Below, in pieces: positions 14,280-25,335 of a stretch of DNA of 64,000 nucleotides; the first letter of the stretch is position 1, and every line of letters begins with the position of its first letter. Under the pieces are notes generated by a model. It worked only from the letters and a program-made list of their open reading frames with translations, was not told the DNA's origin and searched no databases. Source of the stretch: Octopus vulgaris (lineage: Eukaryota); assembly GCA_951406725.2 (NCBI GenBank), contig OX597826.1:54002001-54066000 (forward strand). The letters run 5' to 3'. Position numbers and translations under genes: made by a program.

Positions 14280-14420
14280 ACTATTTTTCTTTCTCTTTCC
14301 TATTTTTCTCTCTTTCTTTCGTGCGATGAAGGACTAATGCTCAAAACATTAAGGCACTCTCGTTTTACATTAAAGCATTAAGCTAATACCATAATTGTCA
14401 AGCCTTGTTTCTCCTCTGTT
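14280..14420 (+). mobile_element. Highly degraded pLTR-like element with hammerhead vestige
   Basis: Pyrimidine leader, then cgatgaaggactaatgctcaaaacattaagg and a ...agcattaagctaatac tail, parallel to the other copies. Confidence 0.4.
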
Positions 14421-14748
14421 GAGAGAGAGAGAAAGAGTATCCCATGCTTTTGCTAATTGTTTCAGGTGCCTGTGTACATCCAAGCAGACACAGACATCCT
14501 TTCAGCTCAGTAGAACATCCAGGACGTAAACAGAGAGAGAGACTGGGCTGCTCTAGCATTGGAATAATACTATAAGTATTGGCCCCAAAAGGATGAAAGG
14601 AAAAGTGAACTGTGGTAGGATTTGAACTCAGAGCACAGAGAGCTGGAATAAATATTGCAATATATTCTATATTCTATACAAAAGTCTAACAATTTTATCA
14701 ACCACATACACACACGTACACATTTACTCAGTAGAAGTCACAAAGTGG

Positions 14749-14806
14749 CTCGAGGGTCAAGAGTTTCGTGTATGACATTTCATGCATGAAACTCTCAGCC
14801 CTTGAG
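14749..14806 (+). repeat. 58-nt hairpin (26-bp stem, 6-nt loop)
   Basis: ctcgagggtcaagagtttcgtgtatg-acattt-catgcatgaaactctcagcccttgag; 24 of 26 positions pair as RNA, counting G:U. Confidence 0.7.
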
Positions 14807-14892
14807 TCAATTTCTAACATCGCTTGATGAAAAATAGATATGTTCATGTTTTGAGAGTTCTATTTACCTTGTGTGTTCTACCAAAGCTGTGC

Positions 14893-14951
<59 letters not shown>

Positions 14952-15151
14952 CATACATACATACATTATATACCCACTCTGCAGGGTGGTGGGTGTTAGG
15001 AAGGGCATCCAGTTATAAAAACCAGGCCAAAACACACAGAGTCTTCTACCAGGCCAGCTCCTATCAAACCAACCAACCCACCCATCCATGCCAGCATGGA
15101 AGGCAGACATTAAATGATGATGAAGATGATGGTGATGTTAGTATATATTTA

Positions 15152-15200
<49 letters not shown>

Positions 15201-15221
15201 AACTAATCTATTTAAAATATT

Positions 15222-15260
<39 letters not shown>

Positions 15261-15866
15261 TATATCTACTGCTTTACCTGAGTATTTATTTATTCGTAAT
15301 GTATGTGCTTGGGTGTCCCTATGTGAAAGTTGGGATTTATAGATTTGTATCCTATTCAGAGGAGATATGCTTCTCAACTGTTTAATGCGATGAAAACTAG
15401 GACAATCTCAAGTGCACTATAGCATACTCTGGTAATGCTAATGGGCCAGAAATAGATACATAGTTTCTTTTTTATTCACACGTGAAACACATACATGTGC
15501 ATGTTTATACACATGTAAGGGTGTATGTATTTTTCACAGGGTTGGACAGAGAAGAGGATTTCTCCATGACGTAAACTAATAATCTTCAATATGCATTAAT
15601 ATTATCTTTATAAGGACTTTATTACATTATATTTTTATCTATATTTAATTCTAAGACAGGCACAAAGCTAGCAGTTTTTTAAGGGGTGGGATTTGATCAG
15701 TTACATCAACCCCCAGTGCTCAACTGGTGCTTATTTTCTCTCCCCGCAAGAGGATGAAGGGCAAAGCAGAATTTGAACTCATAACATAAAGAGCTGGACA
15801 TTTTTATCTAAATTTTATAATGGTTACATAAGAAAAGAACATATTGGTTATTGTAAACATAGACAT

Positions 15867-16285
15867 AGGAGTGGCTGTGAGGTAAGTAGCTTGCTTACAA
15901 ACCACATGGTTCCGGGTTCAGTCTCACTGCATGACACCTTGAGCAAGTGTCTTCTACTATAGCCTTGGGTCGACCAAAACCTTGTGAGTGGATTTGGGAG
16001 ACGGAAACTGAAAAGAGCCCATCGTATATAAGTATATAGGTGTGTACGTGTGCGTATATGTTTGTGTGTCTGTGTCTGTCCCCCAAAATCGCTTGACAAC
16101 CGATGCTGGTGTGTTTACGTCCCTGTAACTTAGCGGTTCGGCAAAAGAGACCGATAGAATAAGTACTAGGCTTACAAAGAATAAGTCCTGGGGTCGATTT
16201 GCTCGACTAAAAGGCTGTGCTCCAGCATGGCCACAGTCAAATGACTGAAGCAAGTAAAAGAGTAAAAGAGTAAAGAGTAAAGAGA
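15867..16285 (+). mobile_element. tRNA-derived SINE, family A, full length
   Basis: Head ggagtggctgtgaggtaag...ggttcagtc (A/B boxes), ccttgagcaagtgtctt core, central TG/TA microsatellite, tail gactgaagcaag(taaaagag)n. Confidence 0.9.
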
Positions 16286-17505
16286 TAAACCCACCCCTAC
16301 ATAGACAGGGTGGTCTCAATTGGAGTGTCTTTGCTGATACTGGTGTAACTGTAATTTAGTTTTGATCATCTGTAAGTAAATGTCTGTAGATAAAATGTGA
16401 GAGAAGGGAAGGAATTCCAATAGAAAACAATTATGAGTAAAATAAAATAGATTCGAGAAACAGAAGGAGGAAAACATCAGGGATTATGAATGGAGAAAAG
16501 ATGAGAGTATTTGTTAAATGGAATTGGCTGGCTCAGAAGAGCAGAGATCATTGCAATAAACGTACAAGAAGAAAAGGGAGGAAACAGTACATTTGAGAGT
16601 TAGTGGTTTTAGCATATTGATGGTTGAATTATTTAGCAATCATTCAGATTCCTCTAAGGTTACCAACTGACTACACATAATAAGTAGAAACTTCTGGTAC
16701 CAAGTTAATTTAGCAAATCTGGAGGCAGGAGTGGGCCCCAGAAATATATATCCAAGCTCTATAATGCCAAGCCACTTATAATTCCAGTCAAGCCATCAGA
16801 TGGCACATTTCTCCTCAAAATCCAATCAGAAATGGTAGAGCATGGGAAAGAAACATATTGACCGACTTTTAAACTTGGAGGCTAAACAAAAAACGGGGAC
16901 AACTAACCCTTCTGCCCAACAGTATGGATATGGTGTTCCAGTCCATTGCTAGGAAATTAATAACCAATGTGATGCCCAAAATATTAGTCCAGTCAGTAGA
17001 AAATATGATACTCGAGTAACATCATGCCTCTAAAAATGTAGGCCGCAATATTAGTACCTGTTCATTGTGTTTGTATATTTGTCAAAGGCTTTCAATACCA
17101 TAAACTAGAATCTTCTATAGATGTTTCTAGTAGATTTGGTTGCCCCCCACTCTACAAAATTTGTGGATCTCCACCAATTCACAAAGGGCCAATAGTTTGA
17201 ATTGTTATTGGAGAGGAGAAATCTGAACTTCTCCATGTAAAAATATGAGTCAGATAAAGTTTAGTGCTTGTTCCTGTACACAATACTGTTACACATGAGA
17301 ATAGAAAAGGAGATGAGAGGGTCATGATTAAATTCTGATTCAATGTGAATGATTTTCAATGACAAAAGAGTGCAAAGTACCATCTAGTAGCTCACAGTCC
17401 AATTGCTTTACAAATTGTTACAGCATATAAATATATGGATCTGACAGTTAACATCAAGAAACTGAAGGACATTTGTCAGTGGCACACTACACGTTTGATA
17501 ATTAA

Positions 17506-17726
17506 CCCTTTCAATACCAACTAGGCTGAAACTGTCTCTGGCTCTGTAGTATAAATGTCTTGTTTTCATAAGTTTTGAATTAAAATCTTCCACTAAACCT
17601 TAGTCAGAATTTATGTTCCTTAAACCAGCTCAATGATAACTAAGTTATTTTACTCAATTCTTTGTTAATTTAAAATTAATTGAAAGAAACACAGAGCATC
17701 TCAAAATAAATACAATAACGAAAGGG
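17506..17726. mobile_element. piggyBac-like MITE, family 1
   Basis: TTAA|CCCTTTC...GAAAGGG|TTAA; three copies in the window. Confidence 0.85.
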
Positions 17727-19243
17727 TTAATGCCTTATGAAAATCCTTCCAGTCACCTGATAAAATTGGGTTCTGTACACAGAAATCATCCATGAAACCA
17801 GCAGAATTAAAACTACATTATATAGGTATTGACTGGAATTAGTAGGACACTTAGTGCACTTATCTTTCTTGTATTTCCTCTTTGGCCAATTAAATTACAG
17901 TCAACAGCTGGTTGGAAATTTTAAAAAATGCAATTCACGACCATGTTGAGGAGTGTCATTATCAACACCTCAAAAATGGAAGATCTTGTTGCTGCTACTC
18001 ATTTTGGTGATTCCACTACGAAGAAGATGAATGCATGGAGGAGAGAGACATTGAGCACTATCAAACAAAGTGAGGAAAGAAGCATTCATGCTAAGCTGCA
18101 CGTTCTCCAACTCCTCTAAACCAGCCAAACAACCAACCAACCAACGAAGCAATCAACAAGTCAACCAATCATTTACATTCTTATCTGCAAACAAAGCAAC
18201 ATATCAAGAACTGAGACATCAAAAGATTCTGGAAATTAAAGAGAAATTGGTTATTTTCAGATCCAATGGACAACCATAAGCAAGCAATAGAAATGAGTGT
18301 ATAAAAACTCAAATATCACCAACACAAATATATTTATACCACTTTTATTTAAAGCAAGATTTTCGTTTTTATGAGATGTATTGTTGTTGGAAAAATATTA
18401 TAATGAAAAGGTTAATGTAATATTTCTAAAAACTGGGGAAAAAAGCACACTTTATTCCAATCATTGACTTCTTTAAGAATAGAGTAATTTTTTTTTTTGC
18501 ATTAAATATAATTTTCTGTTAACCTCATCATGGCTGTGTGGTAAGAAGCTTACTTCCCAGCCACATGGTTCCGGGTTCAGTCCCACTGCGTGTCACCTTG
18601 TGCAAGTGTCTTCTACTATAGCCTCAGGCCAGCCAAAGCCTTGTGAGTGAATTTGGTAGATGGAAACTGAAAGAAGCCCATCATATATATATACCGATGT
18701 TGGTGTGTTTACACTCCCGTAACTTAGCAGTTCAGCAAAAGAAACTGATAGAATAAGTACTAGGCTTACAAAGAATAAGTCTTAGGGTTGATTTGTTCAA
18801 GTAAATGTGGTGCTCCAGCATGGCCACAGTCAGATGACTGAAACAAGTTAAGAATCATCATTCAGTATCCATGTTCTATGTTGGTATGAGTTGAATGGTT
18901 TGGTCGGGTACAATAGACCCAAGGGCTGTATCGTGCTTCAATGTCTGTTTTTGTAATGTTTTCTACAGCTGGCTGCCTTTCCTAATGCCAACCACTTTAC
19001 AGCATGTACTGAGTGCTTTATTCGTGTCACCAGCAGTAGCAACATCGCTGTGCCTTTTGCAAGATTACGATCCCCAGGGGGAGCAACATTAACTCTCTTA
19101 AGACACGCAGTAATTTGGTATGTGTAGCCAAAAAAACCAAAATGTTTTTTTCTGTTGAGATTGAAATTTATGAGTGCATGTAGAAAACAAGGGATAAAGT
19201 GCCTAAAACTATTTTATTAGTATGTAAAATTATATATATTATA

Positions 19244-19664
19244 CTAGCTGGCCCCATGCCATCAAAAATGACAGCTAATTGTAGTATTTTATACATAAAT
19301 AAAGTACAAAACAAGGTACATAATAATCACAGATACAAACATTCACATACTTCCCTCATACACACACACTTATACACACATATACTCAGAATTGAAACTG
19401 TTTGATTTTTCTTTTCAGTGTTGAATGTTCACCATCCCACTTCCATTACACACACACACAAACGTTCACATGACTCCCTTTTACATACACACACATACTC
19501 ATGCAGAGTTGAAATGCTGTTTGATTTTCTTTTTCACCACAGATCTTCCATCATCTCAGTACCAAGTTTACTATTACCCCTTCTTTCATTATTCAGCTGT
19601 CACCCCTTTCTTTCTCATCCATATGTTGTGATGGAAAAAGACACAAGTGTATTATTATAGTAGA
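19244..19664 (-). mobile_element. Non-autonomous Helitron
   Basis: The minus strand starts A|TCtactataataatac and ends gctgtcatttttgatggc (subterminal hairpin) ...CTAG|T; no TSD. Confidence 0.75.
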
Positions 19665-20227
19665 TAGTTTGATATATCTACTGAAAGACCTTCTCTGGTT
19701 GGTTATTACACTTCAAAACGTTTGTTCTATTTGGCCAATTGGTCAACCTCAAAGTCCTTTCAGCTTGTTTCACTTGAGCCAATAAGGAGCCAATAGGGGA
19801 ATAAGGAGCAGAGAGGGATGAAATGTGAGAGAAAAGGGCCAGAGCAGAACAGGTTTCTTGCTGTAGAGGAGCTACATGACTACTCACATTTCAACACAAC
19901 AAATTATTTTTTAACCATAGGACTTACAAAATAGCTAAACAACTTTTGGTTGATGAGACGGGTTAGCAGCAGTAGCAGCAACTCTCTGACTGTTGGTTGA
20001 TGCGACATAGTCACATGGTGGTGGTGGTAGTGGTGGCAGCATATATTATTGTTACGCAGGAGAGATATTCTGATAAATATAATTTATCTACTCGAAATCA
20101 AAATACTCTTCTCTAGTTCTACAAAAGAAAACCAATTCTAATGAGAAATAATATTCATTGATCACATGACTGATTTAAAGCATGCTGCATGTTTTCTTTT
20201 TGCATGCTTTTACTGTGAGGTGGACTA

Positions 20228-20780
20228 TATCATCATCATCATCGTTTAACATCCACTTTCCATGCTAGCATGGGTTGGACGATTTTGACTGAGGGCTGGC
20301 AAACCAGATGGTTGCACCAGGCTCCAATCTTGATCTGGCAGAGTTTCTACAGTTGGATGCCTTTCCTAACACCAACCACTCTGAGAGTGTAGTGGGTGCT
20401 TTTTACGTGCCACCGACACGGGGGCCAGTCAGGCGGTACTGGCAATGACCTCGCTCAAATCTTTTTACTCATGCCACAGGCACAGGTGCCAGTAAGGCAA
20501 CGCTGGTAACGATCACGCTTGAATGGTGCCTTTTACATGCCACCGGCACGGAAGCCAGTTAGCCACTCTGGCAACGATCACGCTCGGATGGTGCTTTTGG
20601 CACCCTACTAGCACGGGCACAAGTGCCAGTAAGGTGACGCTGGTAACAATCACACTCGAATGGTGCCTTTTATATGCCACTGGCACGGAAGCCGGTTAGC
20701 CGCTCTGTCAACGATCCCACTTGTATGGTGCTCTTTGCACCCCGCTAGCACAGATGCCAGTCATCAAATTTGATTTTGAT
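20228..20780 (-). mobile_element. RTE 3'-UTR copy with several internal tandem units
   Basis: Same tail, with repeated gtgcca..ggcac...aacgatcacgctcg units. Confidence 0.85.
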
Positions 20781-21268
20781 ATAAGCTATATAAACTACAT
20801 GATGCGAGCTGGTGATGTAAAAGGTCAGTGTGAAGTTGGCAAGAAAGACAGTCAGAGAAAAGATGTGACATGCCCAGTCGAAGTGGACTGGGTGGCAAAG
20901 AACCACATTGCACAAGACATCCACCTGGGTACGACCTACTTCTTGATTTGCTGGGCTGACCTGCAGTTTCTCAGCTGCCGACTTGGCTGTTAGAGCTGTG
21001 TTGGTGTCAGGAAGCTGCATTTTGTAACATTATGACGTTAGTTGCAGTCATGGCCAATTCAGAATCATTTCTATATAAACACCTATCAACAAGGTGGTCA
21101 TGTACAGAACAACAGCCCTTGCACACTGGCAAACTGCCCCATTTGCAATACTAACACATGCTTATGTGCATATGTAGTATACCAGATATGATGCTCCCAA
21201 TGCAACAACTGCTGCTGAATAACTATATTTACAAGGTAAAATGAAGAATATCAAATACTGAAAGTATG

Positions 21269-21667
21269 CAGTTCTATATTTAAGAGATGAGGAATTATTT
21301 ACATTATTTACATTATTTACATTTGACAGATATTTGTCCTCATCTTGTTTGTTGTTAACACAATTTTTCAGCTGATATACCCTCCAGCCTGCATCAGGTG
21401 TGTCTTGGGGGAAATTTCAAACCTGGGTTCTCATTCCTAAGGTATTTGTCGTCATCGGCAGCAGCAACGGTGGCATCATCTTCATCATCATCATTATTAT
21501 TCAGGTCACTGCCTGGAATTGAACTCGGAATCTTGGGTTTAGTAGCCCATGCTCTTAACCACTACGCCATATGCCCGTGGACATATGGAGGGTATATCAG
21601 CTGAAACGTGTTAACAACAAATAAGATGAGGACAAATATCTGTCAAATGTAAATAGTGTAGATAATG
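21269..21667 (-). mobile_element. tRNA-headed SINE with a Penelope-type hammerhead-like 3' region, an inverted terminal duplication and a 13-bp TSD
   Basis: TSD tactgaaagtatg at 21256-21268 and 21668-21680. tRNA-like head at 21576-21504 with A box TGGCGTAGTGG and B box GTTCAATTC. Degenerate hammerhead at about 21402-21357. About 21587-21667 is an inverted copy of about 21305-21385. Confidence 0.8.
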
Positions 21668-21927
21668 TACTGAAAGTATGGTTAAGCAAAAAGTAATTGT
21701 TAGGGAGCAATTGTTGTTTGAACTGAAATCAGCCTCCTTTTGTAGTTTGCTGTCTTTGTAGCATATGTCTATCACAGCAGCATATCACTTGACCACATAT
21801 CTATCCCAGTTTCTATATAATCATTTTGTAAAGTTACAGAAAATCCCTTTTGGCTATGCTTCACATACTTTGCACTTTAAGAACAGTATCAACATATGAA
21901 GGTCACTGGAATGAGAAATAACTTTAA

Positions 21928-22143
21928 CCTTTTCGTTACTGTATTTATTTTGAGATGCTCTGTGTTTCTTTCAATTAATTTTAAATATAACAAAAAAATT
22001 AGTAAAATAACTTGGTTATCATTCAGCTAGTGTTAGGAACATAAATTGTGACTAAGGTTTGGTGGAAGATTTTAATGCAAAACTTATGAAAACAAGACAT
22101 TTGTACTACAGAGCCAGTTTCAGCTGGGTTGGTAACAAAAGGT
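21928..22143. mobile_element. piggyBac-like MITE, family 1 (opposite orientation)
   Basis: TTAA flanks; reverse complement of 17506-17726. Confidence 0.8.
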
Positions 22144-22597
22144 TTAAAACAATTCTTCTCTCTCAGTTCCTCATACCTAAGAATGTTACATGTTACAATA
22201 GCCAAGCATGCTTAAAGCTCCAGCAATTTCTAGATTTCAAATACTGTTTTGTTTATTATTTATTTATTGGCAAATGCATGATGCATGTTGCCATATTACT
22301 TTATATGCACAGCTTGCTTTGTAATTAGATGGTTTCAGGATCAGTCCTACTGCACAGTACCTTGGGCAAGTGTCTTCTACTAATGGCTCAGGATCAGTCA
22401 ATGCTTTATGAGTGAATTATGTATACAGAAACTGTGTGGAAGCCTGTCTTACACACACACACACACACACACACGCATATATATACAGATACAAACACAC
22501 ATGATGTGTGTCTTAGCATTTGCAGTAGCCCTACCACTGACCACCACCACCAATACCAATTAACAAGTCATGTCAGTTTTTTCTTTTTCTTTTTTCT

Positions 22598-22985
22598 TTC
22601 TTTTACTTGTTTCAGACATTTGACTGCGGCCATGCTGGAGCACCGCCTTTAGTCGAGCAAATCAACTTATTCTTTGTAAGCCCAGTACTTATTTTATCGG
22701 TCTCTTTTGCTGAACCACTAAGTGACAGGGACGTAAACACACCAGCATCGGTTGTCAAGCAATGCTAGGGGGACAAAACAAACACAGACACACAAACACA
22801 TACACATATATATACATATATACGACAGACTTCTTTCAGTTTCCGTCTACCAAATCGACTCACAAGGCATTGGTCGGCCCAGGGCTATAGCAGAAGACAC
22901 TTGCCCAAGATGCCACGCAGTGAGACTGAACCCAGAACCATGTGGTTGGTTAGCAAGCTACTTACCACACAGCCACTCCTGCGCC
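22598..22985 (-). mobile_element. SINE family A
   Basis: Reverse complement of the family-A sequence. Confidence 0.9.
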
Positions 22986-24014
22986 TATGTTTGTTTATAC
23001 CCTCACAACTTAGCAGTTCAGCAAAAGAGACTGACAGAATTAAGTACCAAACTTATGTTCAAGGGTCAGTTTGTTACACTAAACCCTTTAAGGTAGTACC
23101 CCAGCATGGCTGCAATCCAATGACTGAAGTGGAATATATTAAAAAATATAAAAGAAATGCTCTATTAAAGATGTGTCAGTCGGATTTTAATACTTTGCAA
23201 TTCGTTAATTAAAACTAATCAGAGGGAGAGACCACTATAAATGTGGCATAAGTTATATAAGGGGTCATCTAATAATTATACATTTAGAGAGTGTAATAAC
23301 AGTAGGATACATAATTAAGGCTCGTAGTGGTATCTTGTTATTCTTTGACTTGTTTCAGTCATTTGATAGCAGCCATGCAGGAGCACTGCCTTAAGTGGTT
23401 TTAGTTGAACAAATTGACCCCAGTACTTATTGTTTGTAAGCTTAGTACTTATTCTATCAGTCTCTTTTGCTGAACTGTTAAGTTACAGGGACATAAACAC
23501 ACCAACATCGGTTGTCAAGTGATGGGGCAGGGTGTGACAGACACACACATAAATAAATACACACACACGCGTGCACGCGCGCGCGCACACACACACACAC
23601 GTACACACGACAGGCTTCTTTCAGTTTCTGTCAACCAAATTTACTGATGAGGCTTTGGTCAGCCTGAGGCTATAGTAGAAAATACTTGCTCAAGGTGCCA
23701 TGCAATGGGACTGAACCAAGAACCTTGTGACGAGGAGGAGACACACAGCCACGCCTGTGCTTAATTTTCTTATTCAAGTTTTATAGCAGTGAACTAAGAG
23801 TATCAATTACCCCACAGCAGCTATCATTTTTGTTCCTTCTTAAAATGACAACTTTCTGCAATTCTCTTCCTACCCCAAATTTTTCCGACAGGACATCACG
23901 GAAGTAAGGGCACAGCCTCTAAAAATAGTTGTCTCCATGTAAGTGATGTGAATTCAGACTTGAAGATTCCCCATCTGCAGGTTTGCATTTAGATGTCTTT
24001 GGTGTCTAATGTGT

Positions 24015-24053
<39 letters not shown>

Positions 24054-24111
24054 CGTGTGTGTGTGTATACGTGTGTGTGTGTGTGTGTATAGATATATAC
24101 ATACACACAGT

Positions 24112-24424
24112 AGTGAAGGTACGTGGCTTAGTGGTTAGGGTATTCAGCTCACAATAATAAGGTTGTGAGTTCAATTCCTGGTGACATGTTGTGTCCTTGA
24201 GCAAGACACTTTACTTCACATTGCTCCAGTCCATGCAGCTGGCAAAAATCAAGTAATACCCATATTTCAAAGGGCCAGCCTTGTCACGCTCTGTGTCATG
24301 CTGATTCTCCTTGAAGACTACATTAAGGGTACATGCGTTCGTGGAGTGCTCAGCTACTTGCATGTAAATTTCAAGACCAGGCTGTTCTGTTGGTCGGATC
24401 AACTGGAACCCTTGTCGTCGTTAG
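24112..24424 (+). mobile_element. tRNA-derived SINE, family C (possibly octopus OR1/OR2 type)
   Basis: tggcttagtggttaggg A box, gagttcaattcc B box, gtccttgagcaagacact CORE-like block, tail ...cggatcaactggaaccc. Confidence 0.85.
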
Positions 24425-24959
24425 TTAATTAGTTAGTTAGTTATACATAGAGTATTATGTGGAATACATGTTGTAGTATACAGTTTAAACACATACTACA
24501 CACATTCAAACTGTCAGTAGCTTTCCAAATCCTGATACATTCCACATGGAATTTTCGGTCCTCCAAAATTGTCTTCATGTATAAGTCAGCCTGACATTTT
24601 TCACTGTAAATTTTAGTTTGAAATATTCAACTTGTAGGCTAGAAAATGTGTTAATTCTCCTGTTGTAAGTGATCTTTCTACACTGGGAAAATATTTTCTT
24701 ATTCAAGTTTTATAGCAGTGAACTAAGAGTCCTAAATACCCTACTCCCATCATCATTTTTGTTCCTTCTTAAAATGTCAACTTTCTGCAATTCTCTTCTT
24801 ATCCCAAATTTTTCCTACAGAACAACATCGAAGTAAGGGTACAGTCTCTAAAATTAGCTGTCTAACATAAGTGACAATGTGACCTTAGACTTGAACATTA
24901 CCTGTTTGCAGGTTTGCATCTACATGTCTTTGATTTCTAATGTGTACTTTGTGATACCT

Positions 24960-25335
24960 ATTAGTTACAATAACAAGGGTTCCAGTTGATCCGATCAATG
25001 GAACAGCCTGCTCCTGAAATTAACATGCAAATGGCTGAGCACTCCACAGACATGTGTACCCTAAATGTAGTTCTCAGGGAGATTCAGCATGACACAGAAC
25101 GTGACAAGGCTGGCCCTTTGAAATACAAGTACAACAGAAACAGGAAGAAAGAATGAAAGAAAGTTGTGGTGAAAGAGTACAGCAAGGGTCGCCACCATCC
25201 CTTGCTGGAGCCTTGTGAAGCTTTAGGTGTTTTCGCTCAATAAACACTCACAACGCCTGGTCTGGGAATTAAAACCATGATCCTATTATCGCGAGCCCGC
25301 TACCCTAACCACTGCGTCATTGCACCTCCACACTA
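24960..25335 (-). mobile_element. SINE family C, sister subfamily (different middle, same 3' tail)
   Basis: Shares about 170 bp of tail with 24112-24424, in opposite orientation. Confidence 0.85.

Noticed and set aside
13637-14329. 230-aa ORF
   Set aside because: It starts in and crosses microsatellites and ends in a repeat leader; no domain motifs.
16320-17400. Possible degraded CR1/Jockey-like LINE on the minus strand
   Set aside because: Only a faint WNSxP-like remnant is visible; too decayed to delimit or classify.
20395-20765. CRISPR-like repeat/spacer appearance
   Set aside because: The intervening sequences are themselves repeated, the context is eukaryotic, no cas genes are present, and the array is part of an RTE 3' UTR.
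21504-21576. Possible tRNA gene
   Set aside because: The acceptor and T stems are broken and it lies inside a TSD-flanked repeat, so it is a SINE head. The same applies to the other A/B-box heads in the window.
24480-24555. RING-H2-like peptide KFHVECIRIW...CSMC on the minus strand
   Set aside because: The duplicate copy at about 25400-25470 loses the His and has a stop. There are no clear splice sites, and the N-terminal zinc ligands are absent.
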